A stretch of 64,000 nucleotides of DNA from Vicugna vicugna (lineage: Eukaryota): contig MU057744.1 of assembly GCA_013265495.1 (NCBI GenBank), positions 124,001 to 188,000 on the forward strand, given 5' to 3'. Of the stretch, positions 24,401 to 34,750 are shown one piece after another (the stretch's first letter is position 1; every line of letters begins with the position of its first letter). Made by a program: the position numbers and the translations under genes. The notes under the pieces were generated by a model that saw nothing but the letters and a program-made list of their open reading frames with translations, had not been told where the DNA came from and made no database searches.

Positions 24401-27400
24401 TGACCCTGCATTAGGAAGAGTCGGGGCAGTGCCCCACGGGGAAGGCAGGCCAGGCCAGGGCGCGTGCATATACGTGTGTGCCAGCGTGTGCGAGCCCGCG
24501 TGCACAACGTTCATGGGAAGGGGGAAGAGTTACTGGAAGTGGGGAGAGTTTCGGGCAGGAGTTCCAGGCAGACTAAGGACTAAGGCAGAGCTGGCTAATT
24601 CAGGGAGACAGGGAACAGGGACCATAATGGGCCTCTGTGACCGTCCTGGCGAGAGGGAGTGAAAACTTGGGCGGAGCCAGGGAAAAGAAAGGAGGGGCCT
24701 GTCGTGGGAAGGAATCGCAGCCGGGAACAGGCAGGATGACCCACAGCAGGTGGGGGGGCTAAGCCCAGAGGGGCCACTAAACACAGGAGGTCAGCAGGGG
24801 ACAGACGGGGCTGAGCACAGACGTGCCGGAAAGGGGGTGCTGGCCAGACAGCCAGCTGGATGTGCTGGGCAAGGATCTGACCTGAGGAACCGAGACTCAA
24901 AAGGACAAACAAAACATGTGACAACAGTGAGACACCAACACGACGACAGAAATCACTGAGACAGCACTGAAGCCTCGAGAAATGCCTGCTTTTAGAGGAG
25001 TGGGCAGCTGTGCCCCCTGGGGACATCTAGCGACACCTGGAGGTATTTCTGGTTGGTACAACCGGAACAGGGAGGCTCCCACCAGCACCTGGCGGGCAAA
25101 GGCCAGGGGCACCCCGAAGCAGCCCCCACCGCGCACAGGGCGCCTCCAACAACGAAGGGTCAGCCCGCACGAAGCGTCAACGGGACCACGGCTGAGGAAC
25201 CCCATGCCAGAGAGTCTCTCTGAGAGAGGATGGTTCGAAACACGGAAGAAACACTTCCTCTATTCCAGCGCATAGTCATTACAGGAGAAGTAGACGAGGG
25301 ACGCTTATTCACGCTCCAGGAACATGGCTGTAACCGTCCACAGACTGCTCAGTAGGTGAAATCAGGTACCTTTACTTCTACACAGTTTTAACATTAAATG
25401 GATTAAAAAATACTTCATCTTTCTATGTCAGAGTATAAGTGCTGCTCTGCAGTCACACGAACCTCCCAGATGAACGTGTGATTCCAGAGATGCTGCTCAG
25501 GAAGCATCAACATTCCCACCTCGTCACCTGACACAGCGACAGGAGCTGCCCTCCCTCCCTCCCTTCAGAATACACTGCTGGCCTCCGCAAGGATTCGAAA
25601 GCTCGTGAGCTCATTAGATTATTCAACAAAGTCCAAGAGGCAGCAACAGACACTAAGTGTGACCCTTCTTTTGGGACAGATTTGAGCCTGCTGATGCCAA
25701 AGGTTTAAGTCAGGGGCTCCCTCATCTCACTAACACCAACACATTAACAAAACTGGTTTAAGTGCAATACGTTTTAAGAGTATGCAGTCTTAAGAAGGGG
25801 AAACATACCAGAGAGCGAAATCGTACAGATTCGATTTGTCCATACTCTTTAAAAAGTGACTTCAGCTTCTAAAAATTAAAAGAAAAAAAAAGTATATATA
25901 CTTTAGTCCACTTTCAGTTGGAAGACAAGGAAGTTTTACTGAAACTTATATAAAAAGACAACACAATTCAAGTTCATGTTAATATCCACAGGAACACAAC
26001 ATTTTGTCTTTCAATCTTTTACAATCTTTACTACACGTAAACTAAGATGATATATTCCATAAATTTTGACATTGGCCTATTTTAACCACAAATGGATTTT
26101 AAGGATGCTTATGTCACTATGAGAAATTCTCAACTTTCTGGAATTAAGACGATCAGAGTGAAGGAAAATCTGAGAATCAATTTTAAATATTATTCATATG
26201 CCTGGCTCAGGCTGTGAAGAATGTGTATGTTTCACAGCTTGGACAATCATTTCTGTAAGCAATTCTAATTCAAAAATAATTTATTAAATGTGTAAAGTAC
26301 CACAAGCATGCCCGCCCCTTAAGCCATTACAATCTAACAGAAAGACAAATAACCAAAACTGTACCACAAAGTAAAGTGGGTTCTGTTCTACCAAATCATC
26401 ACAAATCAAATGCTAGGAGGCAAAAGAGGAAAGGGGGAAAACCAGGAGCTAAGTTGGAATTTAAATTGTTCTTCAAAGTGGGGAGGGTGTAGCTCAGTGG
26501 TAGAGGGTGTGCTCAGCGTTCAGTCCCCAGTCCCTCCAATCAACCAACCAATCAACCTAATTTACACACCCCTCCCCCAAATAAATTGTTCTTCAAAAGA
26601 TGAGCTGGATTTTGACCCAAGGGACTACCAACAGGGTGACTGTCACATGAACACACAGAAAGTCAAGGGTGTGTTTTGGTTTCATGAACCCCACATAATG
26701 GAAGAAACCTGGGGCATATTCATTCACCTACACAACAAATATTCAAGCCTCCCCTCCACACTGGGCATGGTTTCAAGTGCTAGGGATGGAGCGGTCAACA
26801 CAAGGGGTAACTGCCCAGCACACACGGAGCTTCGGTCCTAAAGGCATAAATGTGCAACAGAAGATAAGGCTGGAAGGAAAGACCAGGTGGGAGGCCACTG
26901 CAATAGTTCAAGTGAGACTCGCAAAGCCTGAGTGAGGGCAGTGACTTCGCGCATGGAAAGGTGGGCCCTGGAATCAACCTGCAGAATGATTTATGTCATC
27001 ACAAATGAAGTTATGCATTAAAGATTATTGATTATGTGCTTATTCAATAAAGTCACAGTGAAACAAAGTGATGAATTATTAATTTCTCTGAGTATGTACA
27101 ACATACAGACCACACACTCACCTTCTTGTTACAGGTGACAGGCAAATTCCCCACAAACACAGTTCTCTCATTCTTTAATCTCTCTTCTTCTTGGTTGCTT
27201 TGAATTTTCTTTCTCTGATTCACAACTGTCTCATCTACATCATCAAATTCTTTTTTACCTGCTACTTTAACACCAGGCTGAGATTTCTTCCTTTTCTGCC
27301 CTTGTTTCTGGTGAATTTCTTCTTCCAAATCAGCACATTCTAAAGCATTTTCTCTTTTTAAGTTAAAAAAATAAAGAGAGTCATAGAAATCAGGTCTAGT

Positions 27401-30330
27401 ATTTGACACAGCAGGGCGATTAGAAGTATTTCCCCCCACTTCTGGCTTTCCTAAATATAAACTTACCAGTCACAGATACATCTACATTTAAACAGCATTA
27501 TCAGAAAGTGACCGGTGCGGGGGTGGTACAGCTCTGTGGTAGAGGCGTGCCTTACTATGCACGAGGTCCTGGGTTCAATCCCCAGTACCTCCATTAAAAA
27601 AGAAAAAGAAAGAAAGAAAAAGTGACTGGTATCTTTAGGAAACTCAAGAATTAGAGGAAGTTAAGGTCAATTTCTGAAGATATGTTAAAACTGCCAGGTA
27701 AAAGGAGAGCAACAAAAGGTCACTTAAACAAAATTAGTTCATTTAGAGCTCTCCGGGGTTTAATTTACACTAAATTTCCCTCTCGCTCTAGACTTCGGGT
27801 GTTACCGCAGCGCTCCCTTGGGTCTGTGAAGGTTAACATGCCGGCAGAACAGTATCTCTGTAAGAGCCGTCTGGCCAACGGGAGAAGCCAGCTTTCCTCC
27901 TTACAGTGGCTCTTCAATAGTTAAAGGACTGCCTGTCAAAAGTAAACTCCGAAATGCCAAACACTGTAAAGGACTGGTGAGCAGGCCAAAAAGAGCACTG
28001 GACCAGGATGATAAGGAGAGAGTGGGGAGAACGGGCAGGAGGAGTCATAAAAATGGTTCATTCGTTCAACAGGTATTTTACTGGGTTTCTGTTCAGTTCT
28101 AGCCTCTGGGGATACACAGCTAAAGACACGATTAAAGGCCTTTCAGCAGGCTAGTCTCTGAAGAGCCAGGCAAAATTCACAACGAAATGGTCACACTTAG
28201 AACAGGCGGTGTAGAAACACAGAAGAAACAAGGAAGGGTCTGGGGGGAGAGACAGTGTACAGCACAGAGATCCCAGCAAAGGCCGACCACGAGCACCACC
28301 ACCAGACTACGAGCTCCACCGGACAGAGGGTCTGCGGCTCGTCTTGTGCCCGCTGTGGTGTATACAGTACTAGCAGGGGTGAGAGGAAGCGGGACACCGT
28401 GGTAAGACAGGAGCTAAGTCAAGAGGGATGGTGCCTGTAACGCAGAAGGCCTTATATTTTATCCCACAGAAGATGGGGAGCCCCGGAAGACTTCAGACAG
28501 TGCCCAGAAGAGATCACCTGGGCAGCAGAGCAGAAGATAATTATGAAAGGGACAAGGCAGGATAAGGGAGACTGATAAAGAGACAAGGTGAACCGCAGGG
28601 ATCTCAGAAGACAACAGACCAGCCAGAGCAAGGGAGCGGGTGGAAAGGGAAGTGGCTGAAGAGATAATTAAAAGAGAGCATCATCGGAGCCTGACAACTG
28701 ATTAGCTATGCAGGGAAAAGACAGAGCGTTAGACCGCTCCCAAGTCACAGGCTCAGGCAGCTGGAGACTGACGACACCCCTCAGCAGAGGAAGACGTGTG
28801 ATGAGGACAGTGAGCCCCACTGGGAGCATTCGGAAGCTGAGGTGGACGTGAACAGACAGGTGCAGGTGCACAGATATATACACACATCGGATGGCATAAT
28901 CCCTGAGGAGGCAGGAAAAGAGGTTTGTATTACAGATAAATAGCACAGATGACTGAAGTCATCTTCGACAAGGAGGAAGACACCCTTCTCTGAAAGGGGA
29001 AGAAGTTAAGGATGTGCACAGCTATTTGGATCTCAATTCAAATATACTGTTTAAGAAAAAACTGTTAAGCTAATGGGGGAAATCTGATCTCTGACTGCAT
29101 CAGTTTAAGAAAACCACACCCATCTTTTACATACATGCTGAAATATTTATAGGTGAAACATAAGTCTTAGGTCTGCTTCCAAATAATGAGGGAGATATGA
29201 ACGGGGTAAAGATGAAACAAGACTGGACAAGTATTGAAAAAGAATATATGGGATAGGACATGTGTTTAGCATCTGTGGGGTCCTGGGTTCAATCCCCAGT
29301 ACCGCCATTAAAATAAATAAGTAAATAAACAAACAAGCAAACAGAATATATACACATATATATACATATGTATAGATGTATAACTGAATCACTATGCTGT
29401 ACACTAGAAACTAACACAACATTGTAAATCAACTATACTTCAAAAAAAAAATTTTAAAAAGTTTGGCCAAGTATTAAAAACTGTTGCTGCTGGGTACGAA
29501 GGTTTCCTTACCCTTTTCAACTTTTCCACAATGAAAGTGTTTAAACTATGAAATGAGGCAAAAATTAAAATGAATATTGCAGTTGTAAGAATCTCACATT
29601 TCTTTACCATCTAATTTCTTTAACATTAACTAAGAGAGAATTTTACCAACCTGTCTGCCAACTTTTTGTCTGCATCAGAAAATTTCTTCTTCACTTTCAT
29701 TTTTTTTGCAGGTTCTTGCAAAAGTGGTCTTTGAATTTGGGATGGACTTTCTTCCTCCTCATCCCGTTTCCTTTTTTTGGCGGTTTCCTTTTAAAAGTTT
29801 TAAGTTACGTTTGAGACTTCATCCTTTTTACTAACTTAGTGTCCGCTCTAAGTTAGCACATTGTCCCTCTCACTGGCAGACCCAGCAATGAAAGTAATTC
29901 CACCTGCCCCACTTGAGAAAGCTGGCCCCGCCAGATGATGGCCGGCTGTCAAGCTGCTCTAATGGGCCGTTCGGAGTAGAACCCAGCGACTTACTTTGGG
30001 CGCAGGCACGTACACGGGTTGAAGCTCGGGCTCCCAGGAGCCGAAGAGGGCAGCCAGCCGGCCCGCGCTGCCCCCGGAGGGCCGCTCGCCGCGGGACAGG
30101 CTGTCGGCGACTTGTCCAACCAGATAGCCTCCTGCCGGCTTCCCACCGACGCAGCCGTCCGCGTCCTCTCTAGACACGAACCCAGACACTCAGCGACGTC
30201 ACGCCACGCCCCCGCCGCGTCCCCCGTGCTCCCAGACGCCCTCCCCTGCCCGGGCGGACGAGCCACGCGCCCCTCACCTGTCCTGGGCACTCTGCGACTT
30301 CCTCCGCTTGTTCTTCCCTTCCAGCGCCAT
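18133..30330 (-). CDS. RBM34: RNA-binding protein 34 (nucleolar, two RRMs), complete spliced CDS, 11 exons, 426 aa
   Basis: Exons of 53+175+137+232+60+44+84+64+40+119+273 = 1281 nt, all GT-AG and phase-consistent; RNP2 motifs VFVGNLP occur twice, RNP1-like NAYVVF and RGFGYVLF; basic N- and C-termini. Confidence 0.97.
19425..19543 (-). CDS. RBM34: RBM34 coding exon 10
   Basis: tttttag| IEESAVEKHFLDCGSVVAVRVVRDQVTGAGRGFGYVLFE |gtacgg. Confidence 0.95.
19767..19806 (-). CDS. RBM34: RBM34 coding exon 9
   Basis: gtgtttcag| RDKRSVFVGNLPY |gtaagt. Confidence 0.94.
20658..20721 (-). CDS. RBM34: RBM34 coding exon 8
   Basis: gtaacag| NGAQIADGFRIRVDLASESSS |gtaagt. Confidence 0.94.
20871..20954 (-). 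CDS. RBM34: RBM34 coding exon 7
   Basis: ttttgggcag| RKVHPDQKNINAYVVFKDESAATRALE |gtaacg. Confidence 0.94.
21515..21905 (-). mobile_element. LINE-1 3' end fragment
   Basis: gtgttagtttctg...gttccctgtgctgtacagtagg...cccctttggtaaccatagtttgttt...cttacctcacttggtat...ctccaggcccatcca, antisense L1 3'UTR pattern. Confidence 0.75.
22400..22443 (-). CDS. RBM34: RBM34 coding exon 6
   Basis: ttaaaag| IPAEGTLSKKLAAI |gtaagt. Confidence 0.93.
23669..23714. repeat. Perfect 17-bp inverted repeat with 12-nt spacer
   Basis: gaaggattcctagacta (23669-23685) and tagtctaggaatccttc (23698-23714). Confidence 0.93.
23720..24030 (+). mobile_element. LINE-1 (L1MA-like) 3' fragment
   Basis: atactactcagccacgaaaaagga...atggacgttgagggtactgtgctaagtgaaatgagtcagac...aaactcacagacacagagaacag. 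Confidence 0.75.
24995..25204. mobile_element. MER20 (hAT-Charlie) relic, strongly GC-shifted
   Basis: tgccccctggggacatctagcgacacctggaggtatttctggttggtacaac...aaggccagggg...gctgaggaacccc follows the MER20 layout and aligns by eye to the copy at 37546-37763. Confidence 0.6.
25809..25868 (-). CDS. RBM34: RBM34 coding exon 5
   Basis: tttttag| KLKSLFKEYGQIESVRFRSL |gtatgt. Confidence 0.95.
26478..26581 (+). mobile_element. Internally deleted tRNA-derived SINE with perfect 16-bp TSD taaattgttcttcaaa (26462-26477/26582-26597)
   Basis: ggggagggtgtagctcagtggtagagggtgtgctcagc joined directly to gttcagtccccagtccctcc; TSD read directly. Confidence 0.9.
27122..27353 (-). CDS. RBM34: RBM34 coding exon 4
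   Basis: ENALECADLEEEIHQKQGQKRKK...ERTVFVGNLPVTCNKK; AAG|gtgagt donor. Confidence 0.95.
27517..27618 (+). mobile_element. tRNA-Ala-derived SINE with TSD aaagtgacYggt
   Basis: gtacagctctgtggtagagg...atgcacgaggtcctgggttcaatccccagtacctcca, (gaaa)n tail. Confidence 0.9.
28050..28950 (+). mobile_element. L2 LINE relic (another near 26720-26990)
   Basis: ttcattcgttcaacaggtattttactggg...ctggggatacacagc... followed by purine-rich degenerate L2 3' sequence. Confidence 0.5.
29250..29342 (+). mobile_element. 5'-truncated tRNA-derived SINE nested in an L1 3' fragment (TSD agaatatat)
   Basis: ggggtcctgggttcaatccccagtaccgcca plus (taaa/caaa)n; agaatatat at 29241-29249 and 29343-29351. Confidence 0.8.
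29343..29460 (+). mobile_element. LINE-1 extreme 3' end with poly(A)
   Basis: tgtataactgaatcactatgctgtacactagaaactaacacaacattgtaaatcaactatacttcaaaaaaaaa. Confidence 0.85.
29651..29787 (-). CDS. RBM34: RBM34 coding exon 3
   Basis: ttttaaaag| acceptor; ETAKKRKRDEEEESPSQIQRPLLQEPAKKMKVKKKFSDADKKLAD; AG|gttggt donor. Confidence 0.92.
29995..30169 (-). CDS. RBM34: RBM34 coding exon 2
   Basis: gtgtctag| acceptor; EDADGCVGG...GYLVGQVADSL...LQPVYVPAPK; |gtaagt donor. Confidence 0.93.
30278..30330 (-). CDS. RBM34: RBM34 coding exon 1
   Basis: ATG at 30330, MALEGKNKRRKSQSAQD; AG|gtgagg donor. Confidence 0.93.
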
Positions 30331-30629
30331 GCTCAGCCAAGGCTTCCGCACCTCTGCCTCAAGGGAGCCCGCACTTCCGGGTTCCGGCCACTCCGCACTC
30401 GGAGCCACGCCCCTTCCGCCCAGGAGTCTCTGCGGCCACGCTGGGGGCGGAGACAGAGACACTGGGCAGGCGGGGGGGCGGAAACTGTGGGCGGAGGAGG
30501 TGGAGACAATGGAGGGGCGGAGACAATGGGCGGAGCCCGGCTTCTGGACCAATTTTGAACCTTGCTCAGTAGAAGAAAAAACTTAAGTCTGGGGAGGGAA
30601 GGAAGTCTTACGAGAGGGGCTGAGGCCCG

Positions 30630-30815
30630 AAGCATGAATCTGAGTCAGCCAAAGTGAAATAAGTCAAAAAGAGAAAGACACGTACCTTATGATTTCTCTT
30701 ATATGTGGAATCTAAACAAACAAAAAACATAAGCTCATAGATACAGAGAACAGATTGGTAGTTGCCATACGGGGTGGGGGTTGGAAAAAATGGATTGAAA
30801 GGAATATAAAGGTAA
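30630..30815 (+). mobile_element. LINE-1 fragment immediately upstream of the RBM34 promoter
   Basis: aagtgaaataagtcaaaaagagaaagacacgtaccttatgatttctcttatatgtggaatctaaa...aagctcatagatacagagaacagattggtagttgcca. Confidence 0.8.
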
Positions 30816-32467
30816 GAAAAAAATTTGGATGGAAAAAAACAATATTCAACTGCTTGGTCCTGGTTTTAATTTCTGAGTCCCTTATTTTGGCTTCCCGTAA
30901 CTGTGACCTTCAGGTATCTCAACAAGATGAGAAAAATCCAACTGTCCACGCTTGTAACTCAAGCATCTCCAACTATCCAGTACAGTTCAGTGAAGATATT
31001 CTGGTTCATTTTTCTTTCAGACTGTATCCCAGTGAACTTCACTGCTTCCCCAGTGTCCCTAACATGTCCCTTCCCCAAGAATCACTTCCTCTCTGAAGCA
31101 TTTCAGCAACCTTGAGTCTGGCCTTCCGTACTCTTTCCTCCTCTCCAGCCCACACATTCCATTTCTCGATGAATCCCATTTAAGGGTTAATTTAAGGTTC
31201 GCATAGCATTAGTCATCACGTTTCTTGCAGGCTCACACACTGTCCCTTACCTGCATTCCATCACCACGCAAGTTAGCACTTCCTTTTTCTGATATCGTAT
31301 GTATTACTTCCACAACTGAACCATGAAACTGTTCCTCCAGAAGATTATATCTTATACATAACAAATCCATCACACGATGTTAGGCAAAACCCCCTGAACA
31401 GCAGGTTAAAATTAGGAGAAAGATAGAGAAATGGACTCACAAAGAATCAAAGGCAGCACACAATTCTAGAGGAAAATAACTGGGTGAGTGTGAAAGGGAC
31501 TGGGGTTGGAGATAGTTAAAAATGATCCCCACTGCTGTTAACCATCTTTTAACTACTTACAGAGCACTAGCTCCCTTGAACAGTTTCTTCAACTTACAAG
31601 GGCTCTTTTCATTAAAAAATACAAATACATTTTGTAAAAAATGTTAGGGGTTTCACGGACTCCGCTCCACCTTCCCCAGTCTCCACAGGTTATTAAAATT
31701 AACAAGTCCTCACCCTCAGGTTATTTCAGTAGGGAAGAAAAGGCTTGGAGAACACTTTAAAAAAAAATACCATCTTAATTTTATTACAGCTTGTAAACTA
31801 GTTTGATAAAATGCAGTTTAGGCGACCAGGAAAGTCTTAAGTCAAATTCTAGTAATGTCATGAAAATTTCACTCTCAGGAGAAGCTGGGAAGGGAGAAAT
31901 AGGCAAGAGGGCAGAAAAGCCCAAGGGTATAAACCTCACCCCACAACAAAGTTTGTAATTATCCTCCTTTACGTCACTGTTTCTGTTAACATACCACGTG
32001 GGTAATATTTGGAGTTCCTTGAAAAACAGGGTTTCATGATCAGGTAAGACTGAAAACAGTAGTGTAAAGGAAGTTGGTGTTTCTTCACAGACTTTTTGAG
32101 CTTTAATTTGCTAACACTGGAAGCTCTAAGAAGGGAATGTGCTATACAGAGTACTTCCCAAATATGTCTGGTAATACATTCCCAGAGCATTTCCAGGGGC
32201 CAGTATTCTGGGACATTTTGACAAGCACTGTTCTACAGACTTTAAAACTCATCCCTTAAATGTTAAATGAATTTCTGTGAAAATAAATAAAGGGTCATTG
32301 CAAAGGTGTGTTAAAAATATACACTTGAGCTTTTTAGGCCTTAAAAAAGTTTCTTTCCTTTTTTTTCCAAAGAAAGGATTTTCTCTTGGTGGAAAGTTCT
32401 TTAAATGGGGAAAAAAAAAAAAAAAAAAAAAACACCTAATTACTGATTTTAAAGGTTTGGAGTAAAG

Positions 32468-32660
32468 CAGTGGTTCTCAACCCAGATGCATATTAAAATC
32501 ACTGGCCACCTTAAAAAAAGCTTAACATCCAGGTACCATCCCAGAGCAATTAAACAGGACTTTTTTAGGATGGGGCCTGAGTACTGACGATTGTTTCAAC
32601 AACGCCCAGATGATTCCGAAGGGGTCTAAAGTGCACTGAACGTGTATGAGACCCACAAAG
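32468..32660. mobile_element. MER5B-like hAT-Charlie relic
   Basis: cagtggttctcaacccagatgcatattaaaatcac...ggatggggcctgag...cccagatgattc. Confidence 0.6.
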
Positions 32661-33017
32661 GTCCAACTACAATAAAGACAAAAAAAAAAAAAGCTGCTAG
32701 TAATGGTTTCAAGCATTAAAGAAAAAAATTTTTTCTGATTTTTTTTCTTTAGACAAACCTCCAAGTCGTAAGTATTCACGTTCAGACTCGAGCTAAATAG
32801 CGTATGCAAAGATACAAGGTGCCCAGCAAACCCTGTACAGCAACCTGGTTAACAGACTTGGCATTTCTGTGGGCAGAATATCCACTTTTCTGTATGTCAG
32901 TTGACCCTTTCTGGTAACACATGCTGGAGATACACATTTCAGTCATCACATACAGAAATGAATGAAAGTTACTTAATCTTTCAGAAACAAAATCAAGGAT
33001 TCACAAACTATGGCATT

Positions 33018-33023
33018 TTTATT
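33018..33023 (-). terminator. Probable distal ARID4B poly(A) signal AATAAA (AU-rich 3'UTR about 1.6 kb; further AATAAA at 33103-33108 and 33884-33889)
   Basis: tttatt on + strand at the end of an AU/UGUA-rich, repeat-free 3'UTR, with U/GU-rich sequence downstream on the - strand. Confidence 0.65.
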
Positions 33024-34622
33024 TCAGAGCCTTTGCTTACATCTGTACAATATATTACATAATTCTTCACTGTTTGCAGCTCCTAATATATACTTTATAG
33101 CTTTTATTCTATAAGCTTTTCTTCAATGTTTTGCTGTCAACAAATCTTTACAGTCCTGTACAAATTTGAGTAACTTGAAACCATTTTCAACAAAATTAGT
33201 TACTGTAAGCACACACTACAAGACTGAAAATGCTTTTCTTAGAAAAGTTGAATGTAAAGGATTCTGACACGTTAGCATCTACAACAAAACGCTTTGAAAT
33301 TCTCACGTCATATTGCCAGAAAACAAATGAAACATGCCAGTCCCATCCAAAAAAAGCACACGGAACTACAAGTAAAACAGTAAAACAGTCTGTACAGTAA
33401 AGGACTGTGTATTAACAGTGCCAGGTATTAAATAGCCTGAATGAACACATCCGCAATATACAAATGTCTTACAAAGGTGTAGAATTAAATACAAGTGCCA
33501 AACAGAACAGAGACCGAAGTCATACAACATAAAGTCAGTACAAGTGAAAACAACTTTGCGCTCATTTTGGATTTTATACAAGGCATTTAATTTTATAGGC
33601 CTACCACCCCAATTAGCTATTTATACTTAAAATAAAAACCATCCTTTTGAGACAGTTCATATCAACAGCCTTGAACCATACTAATAAAAGTTTACTTGTT
33701 CCTGAAGTCCTCTTGTTGTAGCTCATAATAAAATAAGCAATACAAATGAATCATCTGTATTTAAGGAAAAAGAAACATTTACAAGAAAACACAAAAATAT
33801 AACTGTTATAATTCATTATGAATAAATATACACTTTGAACTGGCTAGGTACAATCTTTATACATTGTTTAAGATTTAATACAGTTTATTAGCCATTTTTT
33901 TTCACACAATGTATTATATCAAAATTAAAAAAAAATACTGATTTATAGAAAAATGGCAAAGTACAGTAGTTCCATTCCAATTTGAAGGGGCATGAAAAGC
34001 CACTGTAAGACCTTTTAGCCTAATTCAAACCTGTAAACATGTTCAGTCTTTTTAAAAGAGAATCTTTAATATTTGGTTATCAGGATCGATGTCTAATATC
34101 CTGTTAACTGCAGGTTTCGAATTTATAACATGTGCTTGACTTATACAATTAAAGCCACCCTAAGGCGACTTGCTTTAAAAAACAATTAGCTTGTACAAAT
34201 GAAAATAGGTTCATATTTTTTCATAAATAAATGGAAAAATATCAAATGTTCCAGCTTTAACAAAATACAAGGGAATACATATACAGTAAGTTATCTTACC
34301 ATGTTCTGGCCACCCGATGACTACGCTTACCGCATTGTCTCTGCAGGCAGTGAAAAGCCTCCGTTCGCCACAGTGGAAGGCCTTCAAGTTACCAGACACA
34401 CAATTCCCAGACAAGGTGGAAACAATTATTGCTTGAGGAAAAGCAGTTCATTGTACTTTTTCTTCATAAAAAAAGTGCACTTAAGTGCCAAGTCAGCTTG
34501 TCAAGAAACAACTTTTAAATATAAAATAGTGCTTGTCTGATTTTTTTGTGCCACTGTGCAGTATAAAAAAGACGTGGCCCTCAACAGCCATTAAGTGCAA
34601 AGTGCTTTAGCAAGTCCCGCTG

Positions 34623-34750
34623 TCACCTGCACTCGACCGACATTCCGTTCTGCGATGCACTGGACATGGACGGCTCAGCTAACGTTAGCATGACAGCAGC
34701 TGTGATGGAGCTGGACGAGGGGGAAGAAGATGACGAGGACGTGGCAGCAC
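34623..34750 (-). CDS. ARID4B: ARID4B last coding exon, stop TGA
   Basis: cttcccttag| [41 protein letters not shown]. Confidence 0.96.

Larger units (their letters stand above)
29900..30560 (-). promoter_or_regulatory. RBM34 CpG-island promoter: tandem ETS sites (CCGGAA-C-CCGGAAGTG, 30372-30387) and several GC boxes (30443-30536)
   Basis: High CpG density over exons 1-2 and upstream; motifs read directly. Confidence 0.85.
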
